Part shown: in pieces, positions 38,701 to 49,329 of the stretch
How positions within the stretch are numbered: position 1 is the stretch's first letter
Layout: each line of letters opens with the position of its first letter
Source of the DNA: Vicugna vicugna
Taxonomy: Eukaryota
Direction of reading: 5' to 3'
Assembly (NCBI GenBank): GCA_013265495.1
Contig: MU058844.1
Coordinates: forward strand, 13,538,184 to 13,602,183
Length of the DNA: 64,000 nt
Notes under the pieces: generated by a model
Told to the model about the DNA's origin: nothing
The model's database searches: none
The model's input: only the letters and a program-made list of their open reading frames with translations
Made by a program: the position numbers and the translations under genes

Positions 38701-41700
38701 GGTGGCAGGATAGAGTGACTGCTGGGGAGGAAGGGGGCTCTTTGACTTGGGTGTGCAGGGAAGACGACTCTGGAGGGTGGAATAGGCACTGGAGCCGAGC
38801 CCTGAAGGATGAAGAGGCAGCCCTCAGGGTAACCGTGCAGGAGAAGGAATTGTTGAGTGGGAGCCCTGGGGCCAGGCCGGGGCCGGGCCGGAGTCTGCTT
38901 GGCGCAGGAGCGGCAGAGAGAGCGGGGCTGGGACCTGACTCGAGAGAGGGGAGAGTCACAGGCCGAGGTCAGAGGCAGAGGAGCAACTCGTGGGGAACCT
39001 GGTAGGTAAGTGATAGGCGGGCCCTTTTCCAGGTCTTAGAAAGGTCACTTTGGTTGTTACAAACTACGTGGACTGAGAAGAACAAGGGAAGGAAGGGGGA
39101 GGGAGCTTGGGAGGCAGTTTCGCCAGTACTGGAAAGAGAAGGTGGTGCCGCTCTCTCTTGGAGGACGCTGCTGGGGTGTTTTCCTTCCCAGCCCACACCC
39201 TAGAGCCCCCTGCAGGGAACTCCAGGTACCCAAGCGAATTAGCCTCTGTCTCGCTGAGAGAGTCTGATTTTATGGCCATTAATTCTCAGGTTTGATCCTT
39301 GTACTTTAACATCCCAATCATTTTTGTGTTTATTTTTTAAATGTCTTAATTTCTATTCACCGCATCTCAAAGCGACTTCCCCTGGGGTGCTTTGTTTAAA
39401 ATGCAGATTTCTGGGCCGTATCAGTCCTACTGGGTGAGAGTCACTGGAATTGGCCTTGAAATCTGTGTTTTTTTTTAATTTAGATATAATTGACATAAAG
39501 TTATGTTAGTTTCAGGTGTACGATATAATGATTCAGCGTTTGTATATATTGCAAAATGATCACCACAGTGTCTAGTAAACACCCATCACCGTTTATAACT
39601 CTTTTTGCTTATGATGAGGACTTCTGAGATTCACTCCCTCAGCAACTTTCAAATACACAAAACAGTATTATTAACTATCGTCACCATGCTGTCCGTTACA
39701 TCCCCAGGACTTATAACTGGGAGTTTGTACCTTTAAACCATGTTTACCCATTTCATTCACCACCCACTAGCCCCCCCCCCCACCTCTGGCAACCACCAGT
39801 CTGTTTTCTGTTTATAAGAGTTTAAAAATTTTTTTTAGATTCACATGTAAGTGACTTCTTATGGTCTTTGTCTTTCTCCGTCTGGCTTATTTCACTTAGT
39901 GAAATACCCTTTAGATCCATCCATGTTGTTACAAATAACTGTTATTCCTTCTTAAGGAAAATGTGTACACACACATACACCCACTGGAATGTTATTCAGC
40001 CCAAACAATGTAATCTGTATTTTAACCAGTTCCTCGGGTGACTCTTACCTGTGCTGACTGGGTGCAGTGTTGTGTATACGTATTCCTTCTACTGTCATCT
40101 GAGTAAATCACTTTATAGTTCTTATCCTTCTGTCTCTGAGCACTTTTTCCCACTATTGTTATCTCACGAGTCTTCTTATTTGGGGGTTCCTCCCACACAC
40201 ACCTTTAATGCTTTATGCTATTTTTAAATTCTCCTTTCTTTTACCTTTCTGTTCTCTTTTTTCCAAGAGTATGCAGGCATTTGTTACCATATAGTTTCTG
40301 TTTTAGTTGGTCTTTTTTAAGTCAGGTTGTAAGCAACACACAGGAAAGCCCATCCCTTTTAGGCATATAGTTCTATGTATTTTGACAAAAGCATAAGAGT
40401 TGTGTAGCCTCCACCATATTCAGGATCTAGACCATTTCCCAAAAAGTCCCTTGGGCCCCTCTGTGGTCAGCTCCTCTCCCAACCCCCAGCCCCTGGCAAC
40501 CACAGATCTGCTTTCTGTCTTTGTAGTTTTGCTTCTTCCAGAAGGCTATATAAATAGACTCAGTTTAAACGTAGTTTTTTCAGTCTGGCTTCTTTCATTA
40601 AGCATGAGCATTTGAGATTCATTCACGTTGTTGGGTTCATTAGCAGCCACTCCTTTTTATTGCGGAGTAATATTTATTGCACGGATCTATCACAGTTTAT
40701 CCCTTCAAGTTGGTCTCTCTTTTTAAAAGCTTCATGGGCATTCGGCTTCTGGGCTCATTTGTGGGCTCTGGGGCCACAAAGACGAAGTTCACTCTCCAGC
40801 TCAGCCACTCGCTGTGAACATGACCTCAGCTTCCTCCTCTCTCAAAGGCGGATAACCACCTACTCCACAGTCTTACTTCAACATTTTAAATGCCCCAAAG
40901 TAATGCTTAGGGCAGCTTCCGGAACATAGCGAGCTCTCAGCAAATGTTCATGTCTTATTCTCTTATGACTGATTTTTTTTTTCTCATGACTAATTTTCTT
41001 CTGCTTTTAAACTTTTGAAACTATTTTTTATCAGGCGTATTCCTGTTGCATGTTTCATTTCTTTTAATATGGTAAACAAAAAATAAAAATTTAAAAAATG
41101 AGTTACTCGTTATTGAGAATTTACCCAGTGCCAGGGGCGTGATAAGCACGTTACATGGAACATCATATTTAACCTCATAACAAATAAATAAGTATTGCCT
41201 CAATTTTTATAGATGAAAGGTGGAACCTAATTAATTCTACTTGACCACGAAGCACTGTGAGGACCGTCCGTGCCCTCAGCAAGATGCTTCCAGAGTGCTT
41301 TCCTTTTTAACAAAACCAGGGAGGACTCTATAAAACTGACAAAAACATCGCATTTGGGGAACTCAACCCAGTGGGGGCAGGCATGCTTCTCCAGCCTCGC
41401 TAACACTCCCTTCCCACCATCTTCCCCTTCTCGTTCTCAGTACGAGTCCATCTGGCTCATTATCAGCGATATGGTAACACTGCAACATGTACAAAACCAG
41501 CTAGACAAACTCTGAAACACGGCACACTTCCACTCGTTCTGCAAGGGCGTTAAAAATAAGAATTTCAGGGAGCTGCGGCGGGGGCGAAAGGGGTGGGGGC
41601 GGCAAAATACGATCAATACTGCCGTCTAGTGGGCACTCTCCGCACTACCAAACCTGAGCCGCTGCCCCGCCCAGATATTTAAGTCGAACTTTTCCGAAAT

Positions 41701-44700
41701 TTTGCAGAGCTGAACTGTCGGCATCAAAATATCTAATTTGAATAATCTTCTATATTAATATACCAAAATTCTTCCACAATGCAAATCTATCTCTAGTGAA
41801 GACAGAACCAAAGTGTTGAGTGAACATGTCAAAAAATGTCACAATTTTATGAGGTAATAACGGATCTGAACCTATTGCTTTTACTCTGTACAACGACTAT
41901 TTACTGGCCAAAATCTGAAAATAACTTGCTTTTTATTCACAGGAGACGAGGGTAAGTGGGAAGTTACAAATACCCACTTGAGGTAATTTCCAGCATGAAT
42001 TTAAAATGGCAACTGAGTAATCATAACTCACCCAGCGAGATTTCTTGCAAGGGTGAAAACAGGAAGTCTTTAGCCAAGCAGTCAGAGCCTTCTTCCAATG
42101 TTATTGGTGGGAAAACAACTCATGGAAGAGATCTAACCTTTGATCAATGCCTACTGAATACTAGTACTTTGCTAGATAATTTCCATGTATTACATTATTT
42201 AATCCTTGCCACATACCTTATATCCGAATTCCAACTCTTCCTCTTACTGGCTAAATGACACCCCTCTGAGCCTGTTTATGCATCTATGGATAATAGCATC
42301 TCTCTTAGAGGTATGTGGTGAGAATAGAATGAGTTTGGTTTTGGGGTTTTTTTCCAGATTTACCTGTTTTTATTATTTTTAACATAATTTTTAAGGGTTA
42401 CTTTCCATACGAGAACCTAAATGTAGACAGCTAAGTAAAACATTCACGTAAAAAGTAGCTTCTGTGCTGCATCTTCCCAGACCCGGGGGGGAGGGAGGGG
42501 TCCCTGGACATCCTCTCCCTGATCTGAAGTAGACTAGTGATCTCTCAAAGAGAAAGTTTAGGATCACTCAGCTTGGGTTCTGATACCTGTACACAAGGAA
42601 CTGGATTTTAGGAAATATTTTCTTTTGTCCCGATTATTAGCCCTTTCTGTTTGTTTTCCTACATATGAAAGAGGAACATTTATAAGTAAGCTCAGTTAAT
42701 TTTAGGAGGGCCATCTCTGAAATGTCAGGCCTAAGTGACATAAAATCAAGTTTCCTCCTCTCACTTGGATGCCCTGGAATGACGGACATGGAATGTCTTC
42801 TAGCTTGCGTGACTGGGAGTCCACTGTCAATTTAACAGTCTTTTGAGCTCTCTACATCTGGTGTGTGGAGCCACTGCCGCCCTTCTGAAGTACAAGTTCA
42901 CCTGTACGCATTGTGCATCTTCCACACCTTGTTCATTTTGCCAGGAGTTCTCTTTCGTTTCCTTTTCACTTGACAGACTCTCACTCGGCTCTCAAGAACC
43001 GACTCATGTGTCTCCTGTTGTATGAACGACTCCTACGTCTCCACACCTTCCTCTGACCAGGTTAGCTGCCTTGTCTTCGTGGCTCACGTGGCACGCTGTC
43101 AGTTTCTCCGAACTGTAGTGGCCGTGTGCTGTGGTACATCCTCTTACCCGTGTGTCTCTTCAGAAAGAGTGTCCACTCCTAAGGGCCAGGAGCCATTCCC
43201 ACGTGTGTCCTGAGTTCCTCACTGCATTCCTCCTTTCTCCTCCCTTCCCCTTCTCTGCGATTGTGTTCCCCAGTAAAATGTTAGCACATAAGCTTTCATC
43301 TCAGGCTGTTTTTAGGAATCTGCTCTAAAACATACGACCGGTGCCTTACAAAGTACCTGGGATAGGGGAGAGGCTTGAACACTGACTGGGTGGGAGCCAG
43401 CATCTTCAAACTGATTGTTAGGTTTTTTTCAATGGGGGGGGAGGTTAATTCGTTTTATTTATGTATTTATTTTTAATGGAGATACCAGTACTTCGTCAGT
43501 GCTAGGCATGTGCTCTGCCACTGAGCTATACCCTCCCCCTCAGCACCTTCAAACTAATAATGATTTCTGGAGGTTGAAACACCGCAGTGCTTAATGGCAC
43601 CAGATGCCACTTGTTGGCAATCTGGGTTTTGCTTTCTTGACCTTCAGGATTTGTGAGAATCCAACCGAATTTATTCTCTGGTTAAATTAATTTGTAAAGA
43701 TAAACCAAAACTGATGGTTGATGGGACATGTCTAAAGGAGGCCTTATTTGTATTTCCAGGAAAGGGACCAAGGCTACTGATGGCTTGATAACCCCTCCTT
43801 GATCACAATACCCTTGAGATGAAAACTTCACTGAAATCCTTCCTCTCCTCTCACCGTAACAACCTCCTGTAACCGCCGCACGTGTCACACCACCAGTGCC
43901 ATCGGAGGCGTTTTGTGAAGACTGAACTGCACTGAGAGCTTTCCTACTAACATGCTACTCTTTAGAAACACCTACTGCTTCAAGTTAACTGCCTTGTTAA
44001 AAATGCTTCTGCCCTCAGACCTCATTTCAACAAATTTTGGGACATTAAAACCAAACACAGGTTCAAACACAGGTTCGCTACCTTTCGTTATTGGTTTGAC
44101 AAGGACGGCCAGGAAATAAAAGTAAAGAAACAAACGAAATGTGGCCTGTGTAGGGAGGCAGCCTGCTAAGAAGACTACAGACGATGCTTCCGGGGGTTTG
44201 TCTCCATCATGTTGCCAAATCACACGCGCTTTGGATAGGAAGCCTAAACCAGCTTGAATTAAAAACAAAAAAAATCTCAGTGGGAGGCGCTGAGTGTGGC
44301 TCCGGGGACTAATACTGTAGATCTGGGGAGCGGAACAGATGCAGGAAGGTTTACGTAAGCTTACAGGTTGGCCTCTCTGTTGAGGCTGGGACTGTGGGTT
44401 TTTTCCCTCCTTCTGTGGTACGTCACAGATTCTTAGTCCAATTTTGAAAGACGAAGAGGACACGGAAGCATCCATTCTCATCGATGCTTCTGTCTGAGAG
44501 GCTATTCCTGCCCATTTTACAGCCCCAGAACAACTGTGTCAACTTTCCTAGAGGACATACCTGGAAATAAATCCATCCCCTCATAAGATGCTTTGATTGC
44601 TCACAAATGGAACAAAGTATCACAGGAAGGTAGCTGTCATCAGACTTACTCAAAGCCGGTGCAGCCTGGCGGCCCCAGAACTACACCCTTCAAGTACCAT

Positions 44701-46095
44701 CTCCTCTGGGAGTGGGGTCTGTTCCGTTCACTCGCTTTTTTAAGTAAGCCTGTAGCCCCTCCTCTCTCACATTTACAGGGACACTAGCTTCCTTTATATT
44801 GTCTTCGCACCAAATTCCTGTCTTCTCCTCACCCTTGAAATGACGGTTTCAAGAGAGTGTAGTGCGGATACTTACCTGGGTGTAATGGCCGCAGACCTTG
44901 CCACATTTCCGAGTCTGGAAGTCATAGTCCTGAACTTCGTTGTACCAGTCGGTGATGGCTGCAGACACAGAAAAGATGACGAGAGACCCCGTCCAGAGGT
45001 TTTCTCCCAGGGAAGTGAAATTTGGATGCAGCTTGTGGGGTGGCTTCAGCCGTCCGTTATGAGCAAACTGACAATTTCTTGCCCAGGCTTTTGCAACTTG
45101 GGCTAGGCCTGGGTCCCAAGTCTGCCAAAAAAACAAAACAAAACAAAAAACAATAAAGAAACAGTAGGAGGGTCAGAAATGAAACCTGCTACTCAACAAT
45201 GTAACTGGAGCAAGCAAAGAGGGGATCTGAATGGGAGATGTAGTGACAAGAATAGAGAAGGACCCCTGATATATGTCCTCTGTATGTGGACGACCATGTG
45301 ATGGTCTTCAAGTTTTGACCAGGGTTCAGAAGAAACAGGATAATCTAGGTTCATGGAATTTAGAATCGGAGTGAGTGACACAGATCAACATTTCACAGAA
45401 GGATTATTACGTGCAAAATAATACATGCAGGGTTTCACATATTTTATGTAATTCAATAACCACAATAGCCCCTCTCCTAGGACGCTCAGAAAGGTTATAC
45501 ACCAGCTCAAAGCCACAGAGCTGGAATTCATAACCCAAGCCTGACAATCAAATTCCTGTTTCCCCAAATGCCAGGCTGCCTTCCCGAGAAAGTCAGTACT
45601 CTGCCGGCAACAATGAAAAATAAGATTTAGAGACAAAACAAAGAAACCAAAGAAACCTCACAAAAATTAAAAGACCAAAAGGAGGCATAAATTCCGTCTA
45701 TGACCTGAGGAAAGGAAGTGTTCAAAAAGAGAAGTAAAACGTACTTATAGCAAGGTTGAGTCGGCAGAGCGAAAGTGGGTTCTTTTTGATCACGGGTGGT
45801 GTAGTTCACCCTGATCACAGTGACAAAATCATTCAGGACTGCCAGAAATTCACCTCCCAAATCAGTCCACATCGGCTGTTTCTGACTGACTCATGCCGGA
45901 GTCCTGCTGTTTTTTTCTTACCATGTAGAGCATATCACTGGCCGTTGGATTCACTCCTGAGCGGAACTTGTTGTGAATTTGAACACAGTCTTTGATGAAA
46001 TCTTCATTGTCGATGTCTGGCAAAGTACTTGCTGAATAAGGAGAGCTGGAGACGAGGGAGACCAGCCAGGCAGTCACAGCCAGCGTGACTCGCAT
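32641..46095 (-). CDS. GLIPR1: GLI pathogenesis-related 1 (CAP/SCP domain, signal peptide, C-terminal TM). complement(join(32641..32795,32894..32920,35840..35925,38361..38473,44876..45121,45922..46095)) = 801 nt, 266 aa
   Basis: Six GT-AG exons splice in frame: MRVTLAVTAW..., HNKFRS, WDPGLA, GENLW, GHYTQVVW (CRISP-1), HFICNYGPAGN (CRISP-2), hydrophobic C-terminus. CAP tetrad H79/E98/E120/H137 is intact. Lies tail-to-tail with KRR1, as I recall for human. Confidence 0.97.
32894..32920 (-). CDS. GLIPR1: GLIPR1 exon 5 (27-nt microexon)
   Basis: (V)NPQRDKVT(R); acceptor ttttacag; donor GTATGT; gives the expected 266-aa total. Confidence 0.9.
33182..33229 (+). terminator. Candidate KRR1 poly(A) signals AATAAA (33182, 33224)
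   Basis: First canonical AATAAA hexamers I found on + after the KRR1 stop; ATTAAA at 32946 and weaker variants occur earlier. Confidence 0.4.
35840..35925 (-). CDS. GLIPR1: GLIPR1 exon 4 (86 nt)
   Basis: GNYPTWPYKKGSTCSACPSNDKCLDNLC (Cys-rich hinge); donor GTGAGT. Confidence 0.95.
36800..37272. mobile_element. hAT-Charlie non-autonomous DNA transposon (MER119-like)
   Basis: Inverted termini G.GTTCTTAAC ... GTTAAGAACCCC; TGGCAGCCTGGTGCAGCCTATGGAC segment. Confidence 0.65.
38010..38198. other. Assembly gap (189 N) flanked by poly-G
   Basis: N run with G homopolymers on both sides, in GLIPR1 intron 3. Confidence 0.99.
38361..38473 (-). CDS. GLIPR1: GLIPR1 exon 3 (113 nt)
   Basis: VVWADSYKVGCAVQFCPRVSGFEGFQGLAHFICNYGP(A); acceptor ttttcag; donor GTAAGT. 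Confidence 0.96.
39472..40011 (-). mobile_element. 5'-truncated L1 with short 5' inversion, inserted in a MER5A-like element
   Basis: L1 3' antisense sequence 39472-39953; inverted piece 39954-40001; TSD AATCTGT(G/A)TTTT at 39460 and 40012. Confidence 0.8.
40310..40700 (-). mobile_element. L1MB-like 3' fragment
   Basis: CCCTGGCAACCACAGATCTGCTTTCTGTCT...GTCTGGCTTCTTTCATTAAGCAT..TTTGAGATTCATTCACGTTG. Confidence 0.75.
43420..43540 (-). mobile_element. Vic-1-like SINE
   Basis: CTGAGCTATACCCTCCCC end; TSD CAGCA(T/C)CTTCAAACT at about 43398 and 43541. Confidence 0.8.
44876..45121 (-). CDS. GLIPR1: GLIPR1 exon 2 (246 nt)
   Basis: TWDPGLAQVAKAWARNCQFAHN...GENLWTGS...CGKVCGHYTQ; donor GTAAGT. Confidence 0.97.
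45922..46095 (-). CDS. GLIPR1: GLIPR1 coding exon 1 (174 nt)
   Basis: MRVTLAVTAWLVSLVSSSPYSASTLPDIDNEDFIKDCVQIHNKFRSGVNPTASDMLYM; donor GTAAGA. Confidence 0.96.
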
Positions 46096-46450
46096 GCTCC
46101 GGGCGTCTGGCCGGGAGCCTCCCCGGCTGGGCCCCAGGGACACGCAGAGAGTGTGCGCGCCTCCCAGCTTTACAAAGCACAGTCGCCTTCAGCTTTGAGA
46201 AAACAGAAAGCAGAACATGAGTTCATCGCAAGTTGGAAGAAAAGGGTTTCTCCATATATGGTGTGCAGCTCCCGTTCTGCCCTTAACCCTGTCTCATCGG
46301 TGTCCGTGACACAGCACCTAGCGCCGTGTGCGTTGTTACCAGGCTCCGTCAGACCTGCTTGCGGGTTGGGAGGTGTTTCCCAAGGAAATTCTGGAATCTC
46401 CAAAAATAACAGTCTCAGTTTTCACAGAGGTTCTGGTGGTTAAATAAAAA
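46096..46450 (-). promoter_or_regulatory. GLIPR1 5' UTR and proximal promoter region
   Basis: CpG/GC-rich stretch immediately upstream of the ATG; exact TSS cannot be determined from sequence. Confidence 0.55.
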
Positions 46451-46784
46451 CATATCTCTTACTTCTAGAAATGTCTTGCAAAAATGCTTTACAAAAACCT
46501 TTTTTTTTTTTTTAAGAGTCATAGCAGCACATCGTGGCTGGGATATCTGGTTAACATCATCACCTGACCTAGAATTCACTCACGACAGTTCAGTGTGATG
46601 GGGTTGAGTCAATTCTGTCCACCCTCCTCCTCCAAACGAAAAAAACAGTTATGTAAATTTTTACAGGCAGCTGGCTACCGCCGCCAGTGGATTCCTAACT
46701 TTGCAGCCTTTGCTAAACCTCCCTGTGCTCTTCTCAGATATCAGCCCGGAGCCTATTTCCTGGCCTTTGGAAGCTTTTTAAAAA

Positions 46785-46857
46785 ATGATATTTAAAAATA
46801 TTTTTATTGAAGTATAGTTGATTTACAATGCTGTGTTAGTTTCAGGTGTACAGCAGT
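46785..46857 (-). mobile_element. Very short L1 3' tail inserted in ERV pol
   Basis: TTTTATTGAAGTATAGTTGATTTACAATGCTGTGTTAGTTTCAGGTGTACAGCA; flanking CCTTTG(G)AAGCTTTT repeat. Confidence 0.75.
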
Positions 46858-47115
46858 CCTTTGAAGCTTTATTATTAGCTTTGGGGAGTGCTGCAAGCAT
46901 TCGAGGACAAGCATGTTCTATAGCTTCAGTCTAGATCCTGTGGCATCAGGATCTAAATGGCAAGCCCTTGTGCGGTGGCTGCAGCTGCCACTTGATGGAC
47001 AAAGCCAACATCAGTCTCCCCCATTCATCTCGCTGTTACCTGTGCTATGTCGGCCCCTCTCCCGACAGCCACAGACCACTTATAAGCTGGCCCTTTCATC
47101 TTACATTGTTGTAAC

Positions 47116-47246
47116 TTTGGTTTGTTTACATTTGGCAGGGGGGGTAGGTAATTAGGTTTCATTACTTATCCTTAGAGGAGGTGCTGGGGATTGAACCCAG
47201 GACCTCATGTGTGCTAAGCATGCGCTCTACCACTTGAGCTATACTC
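47116..47246 (-). mobile_element. Vic-1-like SINE inserted in ERV pol
   Basis: GGGGATTGAACCCAGGACCTCATGTGTGCTAAGCATGCGCTCTACCACTTGAGCTATAC; flanking GTTGTAAC repeat. Confidence 0.85.
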
Positions 47247-49329
47247 AAGTTGTAACATTTTGAACTCAGCTACTTTACTTTCCCTCCCTGATGATGGAGA
47301 GCCTCACTATGTCCCACATCATTGCCTTGTAACCATAGAAATGGTCTCCAAGCCAGGAGAGGATCTCTCAGACACCTCTTGAGATAACCCAAACTTAATT
47401 CTACTTTGTCATGGCTCCTTTCAATGAAATTTTCTGGGGAAACGTAATAACTGGTTATGCCCCAGTTTTCCCCTCACAAGGCTCCTGGGGCTCGTTCTTT
47501 GCCCACTGTAAAATGACCCTAGGCTGCTGAACTCACAGCTCTTACTAGAGCTTGCACCTGAGCAGAAGGGAAAACGGCCACTGTTTACACAGGTTCCAGA
47601 TATGCTTTTGGAGTCTGCCGTGCTGTTGGCACAATTTGGACACCCCGTGGATTCTTTCCTTCAGCAGGGCCTCTCTCATTGCTGATGGGCATATGCTTGC
47701 TGCTTTATTGCAAGATATTCACTTCCCTTTTAAAATTGCTATTGTCCATTGGTCAGCCCATAATAAGGAGATGTTATATCTTTAGGAAATGATCGAGCTG
47801 ACAGAGTTTCTAAACATGCAGCTCAAAATGGACCCCCCTCCATCCCTTCTCTACCCAGTGTTTAAACTTGCCTTTATTTTTGACTGATATCATCAACTAT
47901 TAAGCGAATCCCCCACAATCTGCAAAAGACAAATGGATGCAAAAGGGTGCCAAATAATTACCAGATGGATACATCGGGCTGATGGACTTCCTGTAGCCCC
48001 CCTTTCCTTTAACCTTTTTACATGGGCTTATACCTGTCAACTGGGACCTATGTGTAGATCAGGGAGAGCTAAGGAACTACAAGACAACTGGCTTTGCCTT
48101 GGCACCCAGAAAATTGCCAACCAAATTATTTCCCCAGTGCACTACTTGTAAATCTCACCAAGTTTCTGGGAGAAGTCACTAGACCCCAGGAAATCCTCCA
48201 AGGCCCACGTTCCCCTTTGTGGCACTTTAAGTGGATTTTATTGTTTTTTCTCCCAGCTTTAGGCTAGTTTGGTCGTTTTCTACATGTTTAGTGGTTGGAC
48301 TGAAGCCTATCCAACTAGACATGCCGATGCCATGACACTGGTAATGCCATTAATAACTTAGGTTACTCCTCATTTTGGCATTGCTTTATGGATTGAATCA
48401 GACCAAGGAATTCATTTTACAATAGAGATAAACCACTTGCTTGCAAAAACTCTAGGGTACTCATTAAAATTTCATACCCCATATAATAGTCAATCTTCAG
48501 GGCAAGTGAAACGTAAACATCTAAACAAAAAATTTTAAAAAAGACTGTTAGGAACAATCTGTCAAGAAACTGGGGTTAAATGGCCAGTAGTTTGCTCTTG
48601 GCCCTTATAAAGATCAGAATACTCCAAATCAGAGACATGCACTGACCCCTTTTGAAATGGTCTTTGGACACCCAGTGTCTACTCGCATATCTAAACCTTC
48701 CACTCCTGGATAAGTGAACATTATGGGAACTTGAGTGAACAATTTGATGATATGACTTTCTAGATACAAGAACTAACTAGGGTGCTTGAAGCATATAGCC
48801 AACAGGTAGAAGGGACATGGTCTCCACCCACTGACTGACAAGCCTCGCCATCCTTTCGAGCAGGAGACCGAGTGAACGTCAAGGTCTACAGAAGAAGATG
48901 GTCGCTGTCACCTCCCTGGGGAGGGCCTTATGAGGCACTGCTGGCCACCTACACCGCCATCAGGAGGAAAGTTCTCCCGGATCCATGCAAGTCATGGCAA
49001 AATAGACCCAGAACATCACTCTTAAGACAGTTGGGAGACAGATTCCTCCAGGTGACTTTGAGGATTTCTGGGGCCAATTCCCAGGCCCTGGAAGCAGCCA
49101 GCATCATGAGCTAGACAGCTCCTCCCAAGGTCACGGATCAAGAAATCTTGCTTTCACCTATTTCCCCTTCCCCGCTGTTAAGACTCCCTATACATACACA
49201 TTAAAAAGAAAAAAAAAAGCAAAAAAAAATGAACACTTTTCTTATTAATGACTACTTTCTCTGCATTTATTCATCATTTATTAGAAGACTGACTGGAGAG
49301 TGCTTGTCTCTGTCTATCCCACTTCCCCT

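Larger units (their letters stand above)
46600..49120 (+). mobile_element. Degenerate class I (gamma-like) ERV pol: RT thumb/connection, RNase H, integrase
   Basis: KFLQAAGYRRQWIPNFAAFAKP (RT thumb); SLDPVASG; AELTALTRA...VYTGSRYAFG (RNase H, about 47526); MFSGWTEAYPT, FGIALWIESDQGIHFT and HTPYNSQSSGQV (integrase); WGGPYEALLATYTA (GPY/F). Many stops and frameshifts. Confidence 0.92.

Noticed and set aside
43972..44481. 169-aa ORF on the GLIPR1 sense strand in intron 2
   Set aside because: No recognisable domain and no convincing splice sites; compatible with chance in GC-richer DNA.
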